Positions 34,880-47,510 of a DNA stretch of 64,000 bases are shown one piece after another; within the stretch, counting starts at the first letter, position 1, and each line of letters opens with the position of its first letter. The stretch comes from the human T2T-CHM13v2.0 reference genome, Homo sapiens, in the NCBI RefSeq assembly GCF_009914755.1, contig NC_060948.1; one strand, given 5' to 3'. The notes below the pieces were generated by a model that worked only from the letters and a program-made list of their open reading frames with translations, ran no database searches and was not told where the DNA came from. Made by a program: the position numbers and the translations under genes.

Positions 34880-37460
34880 ATGCGCCCTGAGGGCTCGCTG
34901 ACCTACCGGGTGCCAGAGAGGCTGCGGCAGGGTTTCTGTGGCGTGGGTCGGGCAGCACAGGCCTTGGTGTGTGCGAGTGCCAAGGAGGGCACCGCCTTCA
35001 GGATGGAGGCTGTACAGGAGGGGGCGGCCGGGGTGGAGAGTGAGCAGGCGGCTTTGGGGGAGGAGGCGGTGCTGCTGTTGGATGACATAATGGCGGAGGT
35101 GGAGGTGGTGGCGGAGGTGGAGGTGGTGGCGGAGGAGGAGGGCCTCGTGGAGCGGCGGGAGGAGGCCCAGCGGGCACAGCAGGCTGTGCCTGGCCCTGGG
35201 CCCATGACCCCAGAGTCTGCACTGGAGGAGCTGCTGGCCGTTCAGGTGGAGCTGGAGCCGGTTAATGCCCAAGCCAGGAAGGCCTTTTCTCGGCAGCGGG
35301 AAAAGATGGAGCGGAGGCGCAAGCCCCACCTAGACCGCAGAGGCGCCGTCATCCAGAGCGTCCCTGGCTTCTGGGCCAATGTTGTATCCTTCTCAGTGTT
35401 TCTTCGGCCTTTCTAGTGGAGAGGTGCTCTCGGGGAAGTGTAAGTGACCGATGGGCAGCTCAGCGTCGATGTGACTCTTTGGGGAACAAAGGGGAGTTGC
35501 CACGGACCAATGTGGCTGTGGAAAGCCGGAGCAGGCGTGGGTACTATTGTCCTGCATGCGGCAGAGAAACCCTTGGTGATGCCGAGCAGCAGACGTTTGG
35601 GGCATCTTTTTGAAGAGCAGAAGCGAGTTCAGAGCGGAAGAGGTTTTTCAGTGAATGAAGCTATTTTTAAGGGAGTGTGATTGCTGCCCCTTGCTAGTCC
35701 GATCTGGGACTGGGCGTCTTCGGCTATAAGCAGATTCTGCCACTCCTCAGACACCAGCAAGTCTCTGCAAATCGCGCCTCCCCATGTCAGTGCAGTCAGC
35801 CTCAGAATCATACACCCTCTGTGAACACAGGAGGCCTTAGTTTACGGGGAGGGGGAGGCGAAAGGAGATCATACATGGAAGCAGATCTGAGAAATCCCCT
35901 ACCCCAGCCTCTGGGTGCTCTTAGGCCTTCTTCCCTGTTGCTCCTCGCTTTCCCTTCCATCGTGTGTAAAGTCTCTTTGACCTAAATCAGATTGCAAACC
36001 ACCCCCAGATGTCAGCCCTGATCACTGACGAAGATGAAGACATGCTGAGCTACATGGTCAGCCTGGAGGTGAGGCCAGGAAGACTGGGGCTAGAGGGTTT
36101 AGCGGGGGAGGGTAAGGGAAATAATTCATTCCTGTAAGCAAGAGTGAGCACCTCACCCGAAAACCTATCTAAGCTTTCTCCACCTTGTCCTGACAGGTGG
36201 AAGAAGAGAAGCATCCTGTTCATCTCTGCAAGATCATGTTGTTCTTTCGGAGTAACCCCTACTTCCAGAATAAAGTGATTACCAAGGAATATCTGGTGAA
36301 CATCACAGGTGACAGGTGGCTCCCAGGATGGGTAGTGGAAGGAAGATGGTGGGTGGATCATTGCCAACGGGATCCAGCCCCCTTCCCACAAAAACTCCTG
36401 TCTCTGTAGAATACAGGGCTTCTCATTCCACTCCAATTGAGTGGTATCCGGATTATGAAGTGGAGGCCTATCGCCGCAGACACCACAACAGCAGCCTTAA
36501 CTTCTTCAACTGGTTCTCTGACCACAACTTCGCAGGATCTAACAAGATTGCTGAGGTGAGTCCTCACTGGGAAACATGAGGAATGACCCCGTGTGTTCCC
36601 AGCTGCTTGGGTCACCTTTCTGAGCCCTGATGAGGCCTTTCCCGATTGAGTCCCCTGACAGATCCTATGTAAGGACCTGTGGCGCAATCCCCTGCAATAC
36701 TACAAGAGGATGAAGCCACCTGAAGAGGGAACAGAGACGTCAGGTGAGCCGTTAGTTGGCACTGGAGCTGTTTGATGCCCAGTATAAGGGGGTTGACACA
36801 CCTGCCTATTCAGGGAGCCTGGGTGCTCATTTCAGAAATGTAGAAATTGAGGCTCCTTTCGTACATGTAGAAATTCCTTGAGAGGAAGACAGAGAGTGAC
36901 AGAATCCAGGACGTTCATGGCATTGGGCTGAAAAGGCACGTTAGAGACTGCACTGCAAAGCGGGTGATAGCTGTGGAGTCTTAAGCCCAGTGAAGAATCG
37001 TCCATTTCCAGAATCAATGAGAAGTAAAGCTGAAAATCATTCAGTTCAGTCTGTGGCACTTGATTCCACGGCTGTCAACCCCACCGGCAGTCATCCCGCC
37101 AACCCCATGAGATTGGGCTCCCTGAATGTGCGTCCTGGTCATCCTTGCCCCAAACCACAAAGGACTGTTTAGATTGATGGATTTCCTTAAGCTGTTGCCC
37201 CATCAGACTTGTGTGTGCTTTTAGGGCCCAGTGCATCTTGTTAGCTGACTCCCCTCACAGACAATACTGGGAATGGGGCAGGGATTGCGCAGAACAGTTT
37301 GTAACACGTGGTAGGAGGAAGTTTAAGGGATCACAAATGGGGAAGGGATATCCTTTTCTCAGCGGGCCCCACAATTGAAACATTTCAAAGTATGGCTCAG
37401 AGAAAATGCGTTTTAACATGAGTTTGTGTTTCTCTAGGGGACTCCCAGTTGTTGAGTTGA
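34880..37460 (+). CDS. TSPY: TSPY copy 2, 314 aa (18-bp duplication in exon 1)
   Basis: Exons 34880-35383, 35991-36068, 36197-36308, 36410-36555, 36662-36743, 37438-37460; GT-AG intact, no stops; AEVEVV duplicated. Confidence 0.97.
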
Positions 37461-37630
37461 ATATGATGGAGCATCAGATTTTACCTAATACAGCAGAACT
37501 CCTAAAAAGTTACAGCCATATGCAGGACGGCAGTACTCAGCATGGTCTTATGCACAGGAACTAAAGGAAAAAGAGATCGAGTCACAAAAATTCAGGAAGA
37601 GGGGGTAAATGTGGATTGTATGGAATGAAA

Positions 37631-37636
37631 AATAAA
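37631..37636 (+). terminator. TSPY poly(A) signal, copy 2
   Basis: AATAAA followed by (TG)n. Confidence 0.85.
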
Positions 37637-37684
37637 CATTCTCAAGGATGTGTGACTCTGTGTCTGTGTGTGTGTGTGTGTCTT

Positions 37685-37723
<39 letters not shown>

Positions 37724-40381
37724 TTATCCACTTTATTCGGGTGTCATAATGAATTGATCAATCCACGTGCTTTATTCTCTTCATGGAAATAACCAGTCTG
37801 CGTTGGAGCTGGGCCTCTAAAGTTGTAGAGTGAATGGGTGTGGGATGTGTTGGGATTCTTCCTACAGGACAGAGTGGGAGAGGTAAAAGCAAAAGACAGC
37901 TTAGTTGGAGGCTGACTTCGTCCTATGGAAGCAGAGATAGTTCAAGGAAAGGGGTTACTGGGTTTCCAGGGCCCAGTTTGCTGGGACCTCCAAAATCCTT
38001 CATTTTGGGTATCATCATACACAGTAGCTAAGCACAGGATGATGGAAATCTTAAAGTTCGCTTTCGTGTTGAATCCACATGTTCTTTTAAAGGTGAATGC
38101 ATGATCCTTTTCTGGGACAATCAGCCTCTCAGGACTTCTGAAACATCAACGTGAGAAGAAATGGGCATGTAAGGTGTATGGAGGGACTGTGGGAAAGGTG
38201 ATAGAGGCATGTGGGAAGGCATTCAGGATACGCTTTTGGCAGAGATGACTAAGGGAAAACAGAAACTTACAGAAGTGAGGGGAAAGGGGGTGGATTAGTG
38301 GAATATAAGATTGTTGGAGAATCCATCCATGGACTCTCTTGTCACTTGATGACCCAGGATATGGACACTCTTGTTGATGTTTACATCTTTAGTTGTTTTA
38401 AGCTTTTCTCCAAGATTCTGTGTTAGGTGAGGAGCCAATAACGTATGTAGCTAACAACAGTACGAGTGCATTTTGTGCTCTTGCAAAGTCTAGTGAGGCT
38501 CTATTCTCCCTTGTGATTGGCACTGCAGATTGTATCTGGACCCAGGGCCCCTAAATTTTCTGTGGCCTCTTCAGCATAGTTTGCCTAAGGTTTAGAACGT
38601 AAAGCGAATATAGTTGCGGAATATGTTTTGCAAGCCTCACACAGGAGGACAAAACATACAGCTTTCATTTGTGAGTGGGAGGCTGCTTCCCAGGAACACG
38701 TGTGTCTGCACAAGACAAGGGGTTGCCTCTGTCAAGGATGGGGCAGGAGGATTTCAGTGTCGGAGGCAGAACTTTCTTTCCTGTTCCCAGATGAAACAGT
38801 TCCAACACGAGCATCCATGTTGACCACACGCTACTAGAGTGCTAACATTGCTGTCCCGTATAGACTCCAGTCAGCACAGCTTCTGTGAGAAGATCTATGT
38901 TGTTTCAGGGAAGAGGGTTTGACAGTCAAAGTTCCTGAATCTGTTGTGGTGCCTGCAATATGCATTCTACCCCTCCTGCTCGGTGTCAAAGCAGTTGAGC
39001 TTTGAAAATCTATCGCCCGGTTTTGTCCCTGCTCCTATGCAGACCTCTGAAGCTCTGGAGCGGGAGTCTTGTCCTCCTCTGACTACCGTCCCCCTGACCC
39101 ACAAACACAGGAGAAACAGGTGTTCTAAGCAAATTATTCTGAAAACAGTCGGAACACTTTGGCCCCCTCAAGCTGCCCTCTATCCTACTGTGTGCATGTC
39201 AAAGACACTGTGGTCCAGTACGGTATCCCTATAGCGGCAATGGGGCAACAGATTGGTGTGTGCACTCTGGGCAACTCAGATTAGGAAACGTCTGGGGACT
39301 TGCCTATAACGAGGTCGTCTTAAAACATGTTGCCCCAAATTTAAGGCATAGGAAAATGTTGAGGAAAGGGTCTTGCGATGATTTTTCTAGGAGGTAAATA
39401 GATAAGAAAATGACCGTAAATAGATGCCAGGGCTAGTTTTGGAGCTAGCCTTTTTTAAAGTGGTGGTAGGGGAGGAGGTTTTTCCAAGGCAGGTAGCAAA
39501 CCAGGAACTGTCTACGATGGATGGGCATGCCATGGGTTGGTGGCTCAGCCATATTGCCACCCCACGGAGTCGATGCAGCAGACTGGGCTTCTTGCTTGAA
39601 TCCTACGTGCAATTCAGTCTAGTGATTTCACATGAGATCCCTTCTTCTGGTATTATCACAGATCGTGCTGAATTATACAGGCTGTGTAATGCTTCTTCCA
39701 CTGAATATCCGTGCACGTGGGCCACAGATGCTAAGGGCACTGACAAATTTGCACCGTGCCTCAGTAACTCGGAAGCACATCTGTGATTTGTACCGACAGG
39801 GACTTGGTGTCTTTTCGTGTTTAAAGTAGCACGTGTGTGTTTGTGGTTGCGTATGTTTATTTCTCTGTGCGGGTTTGTATATTTTCTCTGACTCCACCTA
39901 TGTCTCCGTGGTTCCGATATTTTTCCACACTCCCTGCGGCAATTTGCACATGCCTATCTCTACAACCATTGTAGACTTTGTATCTGTGTCTTTGAACATC
40001 TGTCACTCTCTCTCCCTTCCTTTTTTCTTTTCCTTCCTTTACACCCCTCCTTTCATCCTTCCCTTGCTTCCCCACCACACTCTCTCCATCTGTATCGTCT
40101 ATGTTTCTATTCTCTATCTGGGTTTACTTTCTAATTCTGAATTCAAGGGCATTGAATTGAAAAGAAGCACTCTTCGTACTTTTATGTGTTTTAACTCATT
40201 TGGGGAATTTGGCGTGGTATTATTTACAGGGTTCTCTCTGCCCTTTCTCATTGTTCTCCCCAGCCGGGGCTGTTATTATGTGAAAGCTGGTTTCCTTCAT
40301 CACATCGCGTAGGCTCTAATGATGTTTCGTTTATTTTGATTCTCCTCACACTACATAGTTTTAATTTACCTAATGTGACTG

Positions 40382-40687
40382 TTTTTTTGTTTGTTTTCCG
40401 AGAATGGGTCTTACTCTGTCTTCTAGGTTGGACAGCAGCCCCACGATCTCAGCCCACTGCAGCCCAGGCACCACACACCCATGTGATCCTGTCAACTCAG
40501 ACTCTCACACACCTGGCAGTACAGGTGCATGCCACCCCTCCAAGCTATGTATTAATTAACTAAATACTTACTTTTTGAATGTGGGTCCATGTTGCCCCAG
40601 GCTCATCTGGAACTCCTGAGTGCAGGCAATCCTCCCACCTCAGCTTATCAAAGTGCTGGGATGACAGGTGTGACCCATGGCCCTGCC
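40382..40687 (-). mobile_element. Old Alu (AluJ-like)
   Basis: Copy of 20055-20360. Confidence 0.85.
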
Positions 40688-40827
40688 ATGGCTTTGTGTT
40701 TTTTGCTTTTTTCTTCCTCCTCCTCACGTCTTGTTTTGAAACATGCACTGAAGGTTTCAATTCATGGACTATAGCCTCTGTGCCTGGAATTTCTATCTTT
40801 CAACTCATCATCAGCATTCATTGGGAT

Positions 40828-40873
<46 letters not shown>

Positions 40874-41127
40874 ATATAAGAATACCTATGTACACACATA
40901 TATACGTATATACATGTATATACGTATATATGCACATTTATATACGTATATACATGTATATACGTATATATATACATGTACACATATGTATTTATTTCTC
41001 AAGTTACGAAACGGCTTGCATTCTTTCCTGTGTCATGAAAAAGACTTTGCTAGAAAAGAAAAGCACTGCTTTATAATAAAATATTTTATTTGCATTTATT
41101 TTGTTAAGGCATTTTAAAAATTGTATG

Positions 41128-42858
41128 TTTGTTTAAAAAATGTCATATGAAATGATACATATTTACAACTTAAGGCGTGATGTTCAACAGGTCATATACA
41201 TTATGCATTGGATACATCCAGCCAATCAACATATGTGTGACCTCACATAGTTGTCATTTTTGTTGTGAAAAAACTTGACCTGCACTGTATTCGAATATTT
41301 TTAGAGAAAGAATATGTTACCACTAGTTATAGTGAGCATGCTGAAGAAAATATTTTTAACCTATTCCTCCTTTATAACTAGAAGTATGAGTTCTTCATCC
41401 AGCATCTCGTCAGTGCACCCTCTTCACCGCAGTCATTGGAGTCACTACTTCTGTGAAGTCCGCTTTTTTGATTTCATATAAGAATGAGATCATGTGCTAC
41501 TTTCCTTTCTGATACCTGGCTTATGTCACTTAACAGAATGGCATGCACACATTCAGCAGATTCCCACACATTCTCACAACTGGCAGGATTTCCTGATTTC
41601 TTATTGCAGCGCATATTTCCGTTGCGCATATGCGTTTTTGCCCCATTTTTTAATCCACTTATCAATGGAGGGACTCTCAGGTTGCTTCCGCATTTTGGCT
41701 ACAGCAAAAATGTAATGAGTGCAGCAATAATTGCATGGGTGCGCGCACCGCTTCAACATACTGATCTGTGTACTGGCGGGCGTGCCCGGGTATTCTGATT
41801 TGCTGGATCATATAGTGGGTGGTTCTACTTGTAGATTTCTGAAGGCTGTTTATACTTAAATAAGAGCCATAAAGCTTCTTTAATGCCAGCACTAATTTAC
41901 ATTCTCCCCAAAAGTGAGCAGGGAATTCGTTTTCTCTGCCTCCTCACCAGAGATTAGGGTTTTCTTTTCTTTCTTTTTTTTTTTTTGTTTGTTTGTCTTT
42001 CGGATAATATGCATTCTGACTGAAGTGAGAAGAAATCTCATTGTGTTTTTGATTTGCATTTTCGTGATGGATTGGGGATAATGAGGAATTTTTAGTGTGT
42101 CTTCTGGGCAACTGTATGTCTCAGTTTCACAAATGAGTCTTCGCAGCCTTCGCCCATTTGTTTTCATGCTATTGAGTTGTTGGGAGTTCCTTATGTACTG
42201 TGACTATTCCCCCATGAACAGATGTATGGTGATCCAATCATTGCTCCCATCCTGTAGGATGCCCCTTCTGTATGTTGAGTTTTCTATGGTGTGGTGAAGC
42301 ACTTTAGTTTGATATGATTCCATTCTCTATTTTTGATGGTGTTTACTGTGTTCTTGCAGTCACTTTGAGACCATCATTGCACACACGGACGCCATGGAGC
42401 TGCTTCCTTGTGATCTCTTCTGCTATTTTTATCGTTTCACATCTGACACTGGAGTTTGGTGATAAATAATCCACTTGTAAAATCCTTTGTGTGGCTATTC
42501 AGATTTCCCCAACCTAGTTTATAGAAGATACTTGATTTTGCATTGGGCGTTCTTGCTTCTTTGGGAAAAGGCTGTGAGCTGCAAATGCAGTGACTTAGTT
42601 CTGGGCTCCTGTTGTTTTTCCTAAGCTCTAGTCTCTGCTTTTCTGCCAGTGCTATTGTATTTTGGTACAAAAAGTTTTGTAGTAGTATATCATGAAGTTA
42701 GGTAGTGTGGTGGCTCCAGCTTTGTGCTTTTTACTGGATTGCTCTGGGTTTTCAGGATCTTCTGCCATTTCATAGCAAATTTGGGATTCCCAGATTGTTT
42801 TTCTAAGAAGAATGTGTCATTGATATTTTTACAGGGGTTGTATAGAATCTGAGGATGA
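41128..42858 (-). mobile_element. Degenerate LINE-1 3' fragment, unit 3
   Basis: Copy of 500-2230 (offset +40628). Confidence 0.85.
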
Positions 42859-42917
42859 CTCAGGTAGTAGTGATGTCAATGCCGTTTAGACAATGTGCGT
42901 GTTTGTGTGCACAAGCT

Positions 42918-44348
42918 CAGGGCCAAGAGACACTGGGTGTCCTCACCAATACTGAGGTGGGCCTTAATATCCAGCCAGATTGCCTTCTGGAAACACACGG
43001 AATGTCCTGTTCTGTTTTGCCATCTCTTCACATTTCCTCCCCTGTGAGCCCTGTGTGGTCCTCCAGATTCCCTGTGCGGTGGCCTGCCTTTTTTGGGGTG
43101 GGGAGTTGCTGGGTGAATGAGGATGGCGGAGGGAACCAAGTATGTCAGTGGAGCGTGGTGTCATCCAAACGGTACTTAGCAGGCCTGGGAGAGTCATTCT
43201 GGGAGGACGCAGACCTAGAGAGGCCTCAGGTGGGCATCTGTGTGGAGGGTGAGAGATCCCTGGTTGAGCCCAAACTGAACCCCAGGTAGAAGCAAGCCTC
43301 AGGACAGGGAAGTAGCTAGCAAGGGATGATGAGGGAGCTATCTCTTGACCCTGGCTTCCCACCCATTGACCTTAGCTACTTGTGCCTATTAAGCAGATTA
43401 CGGTTCCCCCATCGTGAAATGTGGGCACCACAGTTCCCTGATGGGCATTTCTCCACCAGCCCATGATGGCCTGAGTTTCCTTACTGCAGTCTCCTCCCTG
43501 AGCCTTGGCTTCTCTATGTGTGTCCTAACTCCAGGACCCACAGGCCTGTCAACCCCCAGCCCTGGGCTGCTTCCCTGGCCTCTTCTCTGTTCCCTCTCTG
43601 AGGGCCTAACTCCCTTGGGTAGTGCTGCAGAATATAGAGCCACAGGCCCTGGCTGATGATCTGGTGGACTGGGCAAATTGGTCGTGACAGGTCAGGTTCT
43701 GGTTCAAAGCCAATTCCTCCGATGCCAAGGAATGTCGAAGAAGGTCCTTTGCCATGATGCCCCATAGCTGCCCCACCTCAGCAATCGTGCCGTAACCTGG
43801 GCCCTCACAGTCAGACAACCAGCTGAAGAAGCTCAGGCAGTGACCTGCGGGAAACTCGGGCTTTCACCTGCATGACCCTAGAACCACTGGACTGCAGTGG
43901 AGCCAGTCGCCCTGTATCCTGGAGGGAGACGAGTCAGGAAGGCGCACGCCAGGCCCAGCTCCCGAGGTACTACCCCCTGTACTCCTCAGGGAGGATGCCA
44001 ACGCAATACTCCTTAGTCATCACTTTGTTTCCGAAGTAAATGTTGTGATGAAAGGCAAACTTCTTCCTACCCCTTGTATTCAGGGTGGCCGAGTTCCTCC
44101 ACCTGCCTGTCCAAGAAGGAGAAACAGGGCTGTGAAGGGGCAATTTCATCTAGGTGGGCTGAGGTGGCATTCTAGCCGGGGTGAAGCATGCGTTTCCCCT
44201 TCCCAGCTTTCCCGCTGAGACACACCTGAGCCCCAGAAGGACCTCAACCTGACCAGGACCTTAGCACCCTCCCCCAGACCCAGGCTTTCCATCCTGACCT
44301 GCAAATCCAACATGCAGCTTTGAAGGACTTTCTCATGGTTTCTGAGCT
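42918..44348 (-). pseudogene. TSPY-family relic B, unit 3
   Basis: Copy of 2290-3720 (offset +40628). Confidence 0.88.
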
Positions 44349-46393
44349 CCTTGCTCTCACCAGAAAGAATCAGAACTTTTAAAGTGTTCTTTATGCCAAC
44401 TTAAATTTTTCATTTTTACTACCTCATGTTTTGGATGAGGCATGTATTTTTAAATTTATTTTCACCCTTATTGTACCTCTATGATAAACTGCTTGCTTAC
44501 ATTCATACCGTAATTATCTCTCAGGTTACTTGTCTGTTCCTAAAGATTCACTGAAACGAAGAATTCTATATATGCTTGTATCTTTCAGCAACCGTATGTC
44601 AGATAGCACTGCACATTACTGCAGACATCGCATATACAGGTCCAAAGGTAGAGGAAGAAGAAGAAAGCAAGCGTTAAGCTCTATACATTCCTAAAAGCAT
44701 ATCAGAAACTCACAAATAACAGTGAAATCAAAGAATGATCACAGCCAATTCCATTACATACCTAGACTGAAATACGAAACTTCAAAGAAAAGAAACATTA
44801 GAACTTTGGGTTTGTAAAAATTTTCCTATATAGATAAAATTATTGGTAACTGTGTCTCACTAGAAAACGTAAACAAAAGTCCATGTTTTTCATATTTGTA
44901 AATATACATAGTTTTATTTCCATCAGTTATGACATGCAAGCAAGTAATAAAGTGAAAGTACAATCAAATGATATATGGAACTTCCTCAGTCTTAAAATAT
45001 TCCATGGAGACTATCAATTTTATGAAAACTATAAAGAATGCTTCATGAAACTACATTGTACAGTGCCATTTACTATTTTACTGACATTTTAAATAATCAA
45101 CAATTAAAGGGAATACATCAACATTATTTAATACCAATAACGTTATTTTTCTTGAGTAATCCTGTTGAAATTAAGGATTTTAAATAAAACATTAAAAACA
45201 AATTATATTGACTGATTTCAGCTTTGGATGAAATCATACTTGTGTATTTGTAGTAATGCGAAGCATAACTTTCTCCTCACAATTAATCTTTTATAACATC
45301 GGTGTTATAGTTTTCTCTGACACCAACATTGTGATATCGCACAGGTTTACTGCATGCATGCATTACATGCCTCCAGAGAGTAGGCTTCAAATATATGGAA
45401 AAATTATATTTATGAAAAAATTCTAGGAAAGGGAATGGTGAAATGGAAGAGAATTTCTCACTTGCTAACTGTTGGACATGGATTTGTATATATTTGGATA
45501 TAGACACATACTGGCACACTGTGAGTTTGCCCATGTATATATACACTTAAATGAGAAACCCATAATATATGGGTTGTGTAATCTTTTAATTAATCCATAA
45601 TTGTATGTGTGTGAAATTAGATAAGCGGTTACCTTTTCTTTACTCAATTTGATGGAAAGCCAAAAAACTCTGTCCACCTTCATTTCAATTAATCCAATAC
45701 TGTTAACTGCTGGTAGCTTCATTCTCCTTGTTCTCTTACGGCAACCGGAAAGTTAATTCTCGCTCTAATTTGGCTTTCAAGGTGCGATCAACAAGAGTGT
45801 CACCTTGCTGTGGATTGTGACCTCTGACTCCACCTCTGTCTTCCTTTTGCAGTCCTACCTTTGCATAGGTAACAAACTTTGTACATGGTTAAAAGGATAA
45901 AAGTTCAGTGAAATGTCAAGCCATGCTGTGAAATGTTCCATAGTTTCTATATCTCTAATTGTCCTTTGATGTTATAGAGGCAAGAAAAATAATTCAATGT
46001 TTTTCTTAGTATCTAGTCCAATGCACTCTTTCTTCATAATACTGCAAACAAGGCACTGACATGGAAACGTGGCTGGACGTCTCAAAATCTCTTCTCATTA
46101 ATTACCATTATGTTAATCACTGTTGCCCACAACTGGAATTGGACTTTGAAATCCCCTGGTGGAAATTGCTATAATGGCTCAAACTACTGGAAAGACTATC
46201 TTTTTTTTACCTGAAAATATCTGATGAGCATAGACGTATGCTATATACAGGAACATATTGTACATTAACAACATACCATCACTGCCACTCAATAATAGGT
46301 ATCCCAAACCTTTGAGCCAAACTGAGCTCGGGTGCTCCCACAAACCAAGCTTTTCCCTCCACAGATTTCTTATGTCAAAAAGCCACAACTCCA

Positions 46394-47062
46394 GGCCAGG
46401 CTTCGTGGCTCTTGTTGTAATTTCTACATTTTGGGAGGCCGAGGTTGGTGGGTCACTTGAGGTCAGGAGTTGGAGACCAGCATGGGCAACATGGCAAAAA
46501 GCTGTCTCTACCAAAAATACAAAAATTAGCCAGACCTAGTGGCACTTTCCTGTGGTCCCAGCTACTTGGGAGGCTGAGGCAGGAGAACCACCTGAACATG
46601 GGTGGCAGAGATTGTATAGTAAGCCAAGATCAGACTACTGCACTCCAGCCTGGATGACACAGCGAGACCATGACTGAAAAAAGAAAAAAAAAAAATAAAG
46701 GCAACTCCACTCGTCCACTGGCTTAGGTAAAAAGTACTGGAGTTGGCTGGGCTCGGTGGCTCACACCTGTATTCCCAGCACTTTGGATTTTGGGAAGCTG
46801 AGTCGGGCGGGTCACCTGAGATCTGTAGTAGGAGAGCAGCCTGGCCAACATGGTGAAGCCTGGCTTCTACTAAAAATACAAAACATTAGCTGAGCGTGGT
46901 GATGCATGCTTGTAATCCCAGCTACTGCAGAGGCTGAACCTGGGAGGCGGAGGATGTGTTGAGCTGAGATCCTGCCACTGCGCTCCAGCCTGGTCTACAG
47001 AGCGAGAGTACCCTGTGAGAAACAAAGGTGAAGAGAACAAGAAAAAAAAAATGAGAAAAATA
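46394..47062 (+). mobile_element. Two tandem Alus, unit 3 (46394-46696; 46745-~47062)
   Basis: Copies of 5766-6435. Confidence 0.9.
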
Positions 47063-47157
47063 AGACCCACTGCAAAAGGTTGCCACAGAAAAGATTAAAC
47101 ATTTCAGCAACTTCTATCTTCTGTCATGGAAGCCAAGGTTATTTGGACCAAACCTCC

Positions 47158-47510
47158 TGTCTTAGTTCATTTTCACGCTGCTGAAGAAGAGATACCTGAA
47201 ACTGGGAATAAAAGGAGGTTTAATTGGACTGACAGTTCCACATGGCTGTGGAGGCCTCAGAATCATGGTATACGAATAAAGGCACTTCTTACATGGCAAT
47301 GCCAAGAGAGAATGAGGAAGAACCTGAGGCAGAAACCCCTGAAAAACCCATCAGATCCCGTGAGACTTCTTCACTGTCACAAGAATAGCATGAGAAAGAC
47401 CGACCCCCATGATTCAATTACCTCCCCCTGGGTCCCACCCGCAACACGAGGGAATTCTGGGAGATACAATTGAAGCTGAGATTTGAATGGAGACACACCA
47501 AACCATGTCA
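47158..47510 (-). mobile_element. THE1-type solo LTR, unit 3
   Basis: Copy of 6531-6883. Confidence 0.88.
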
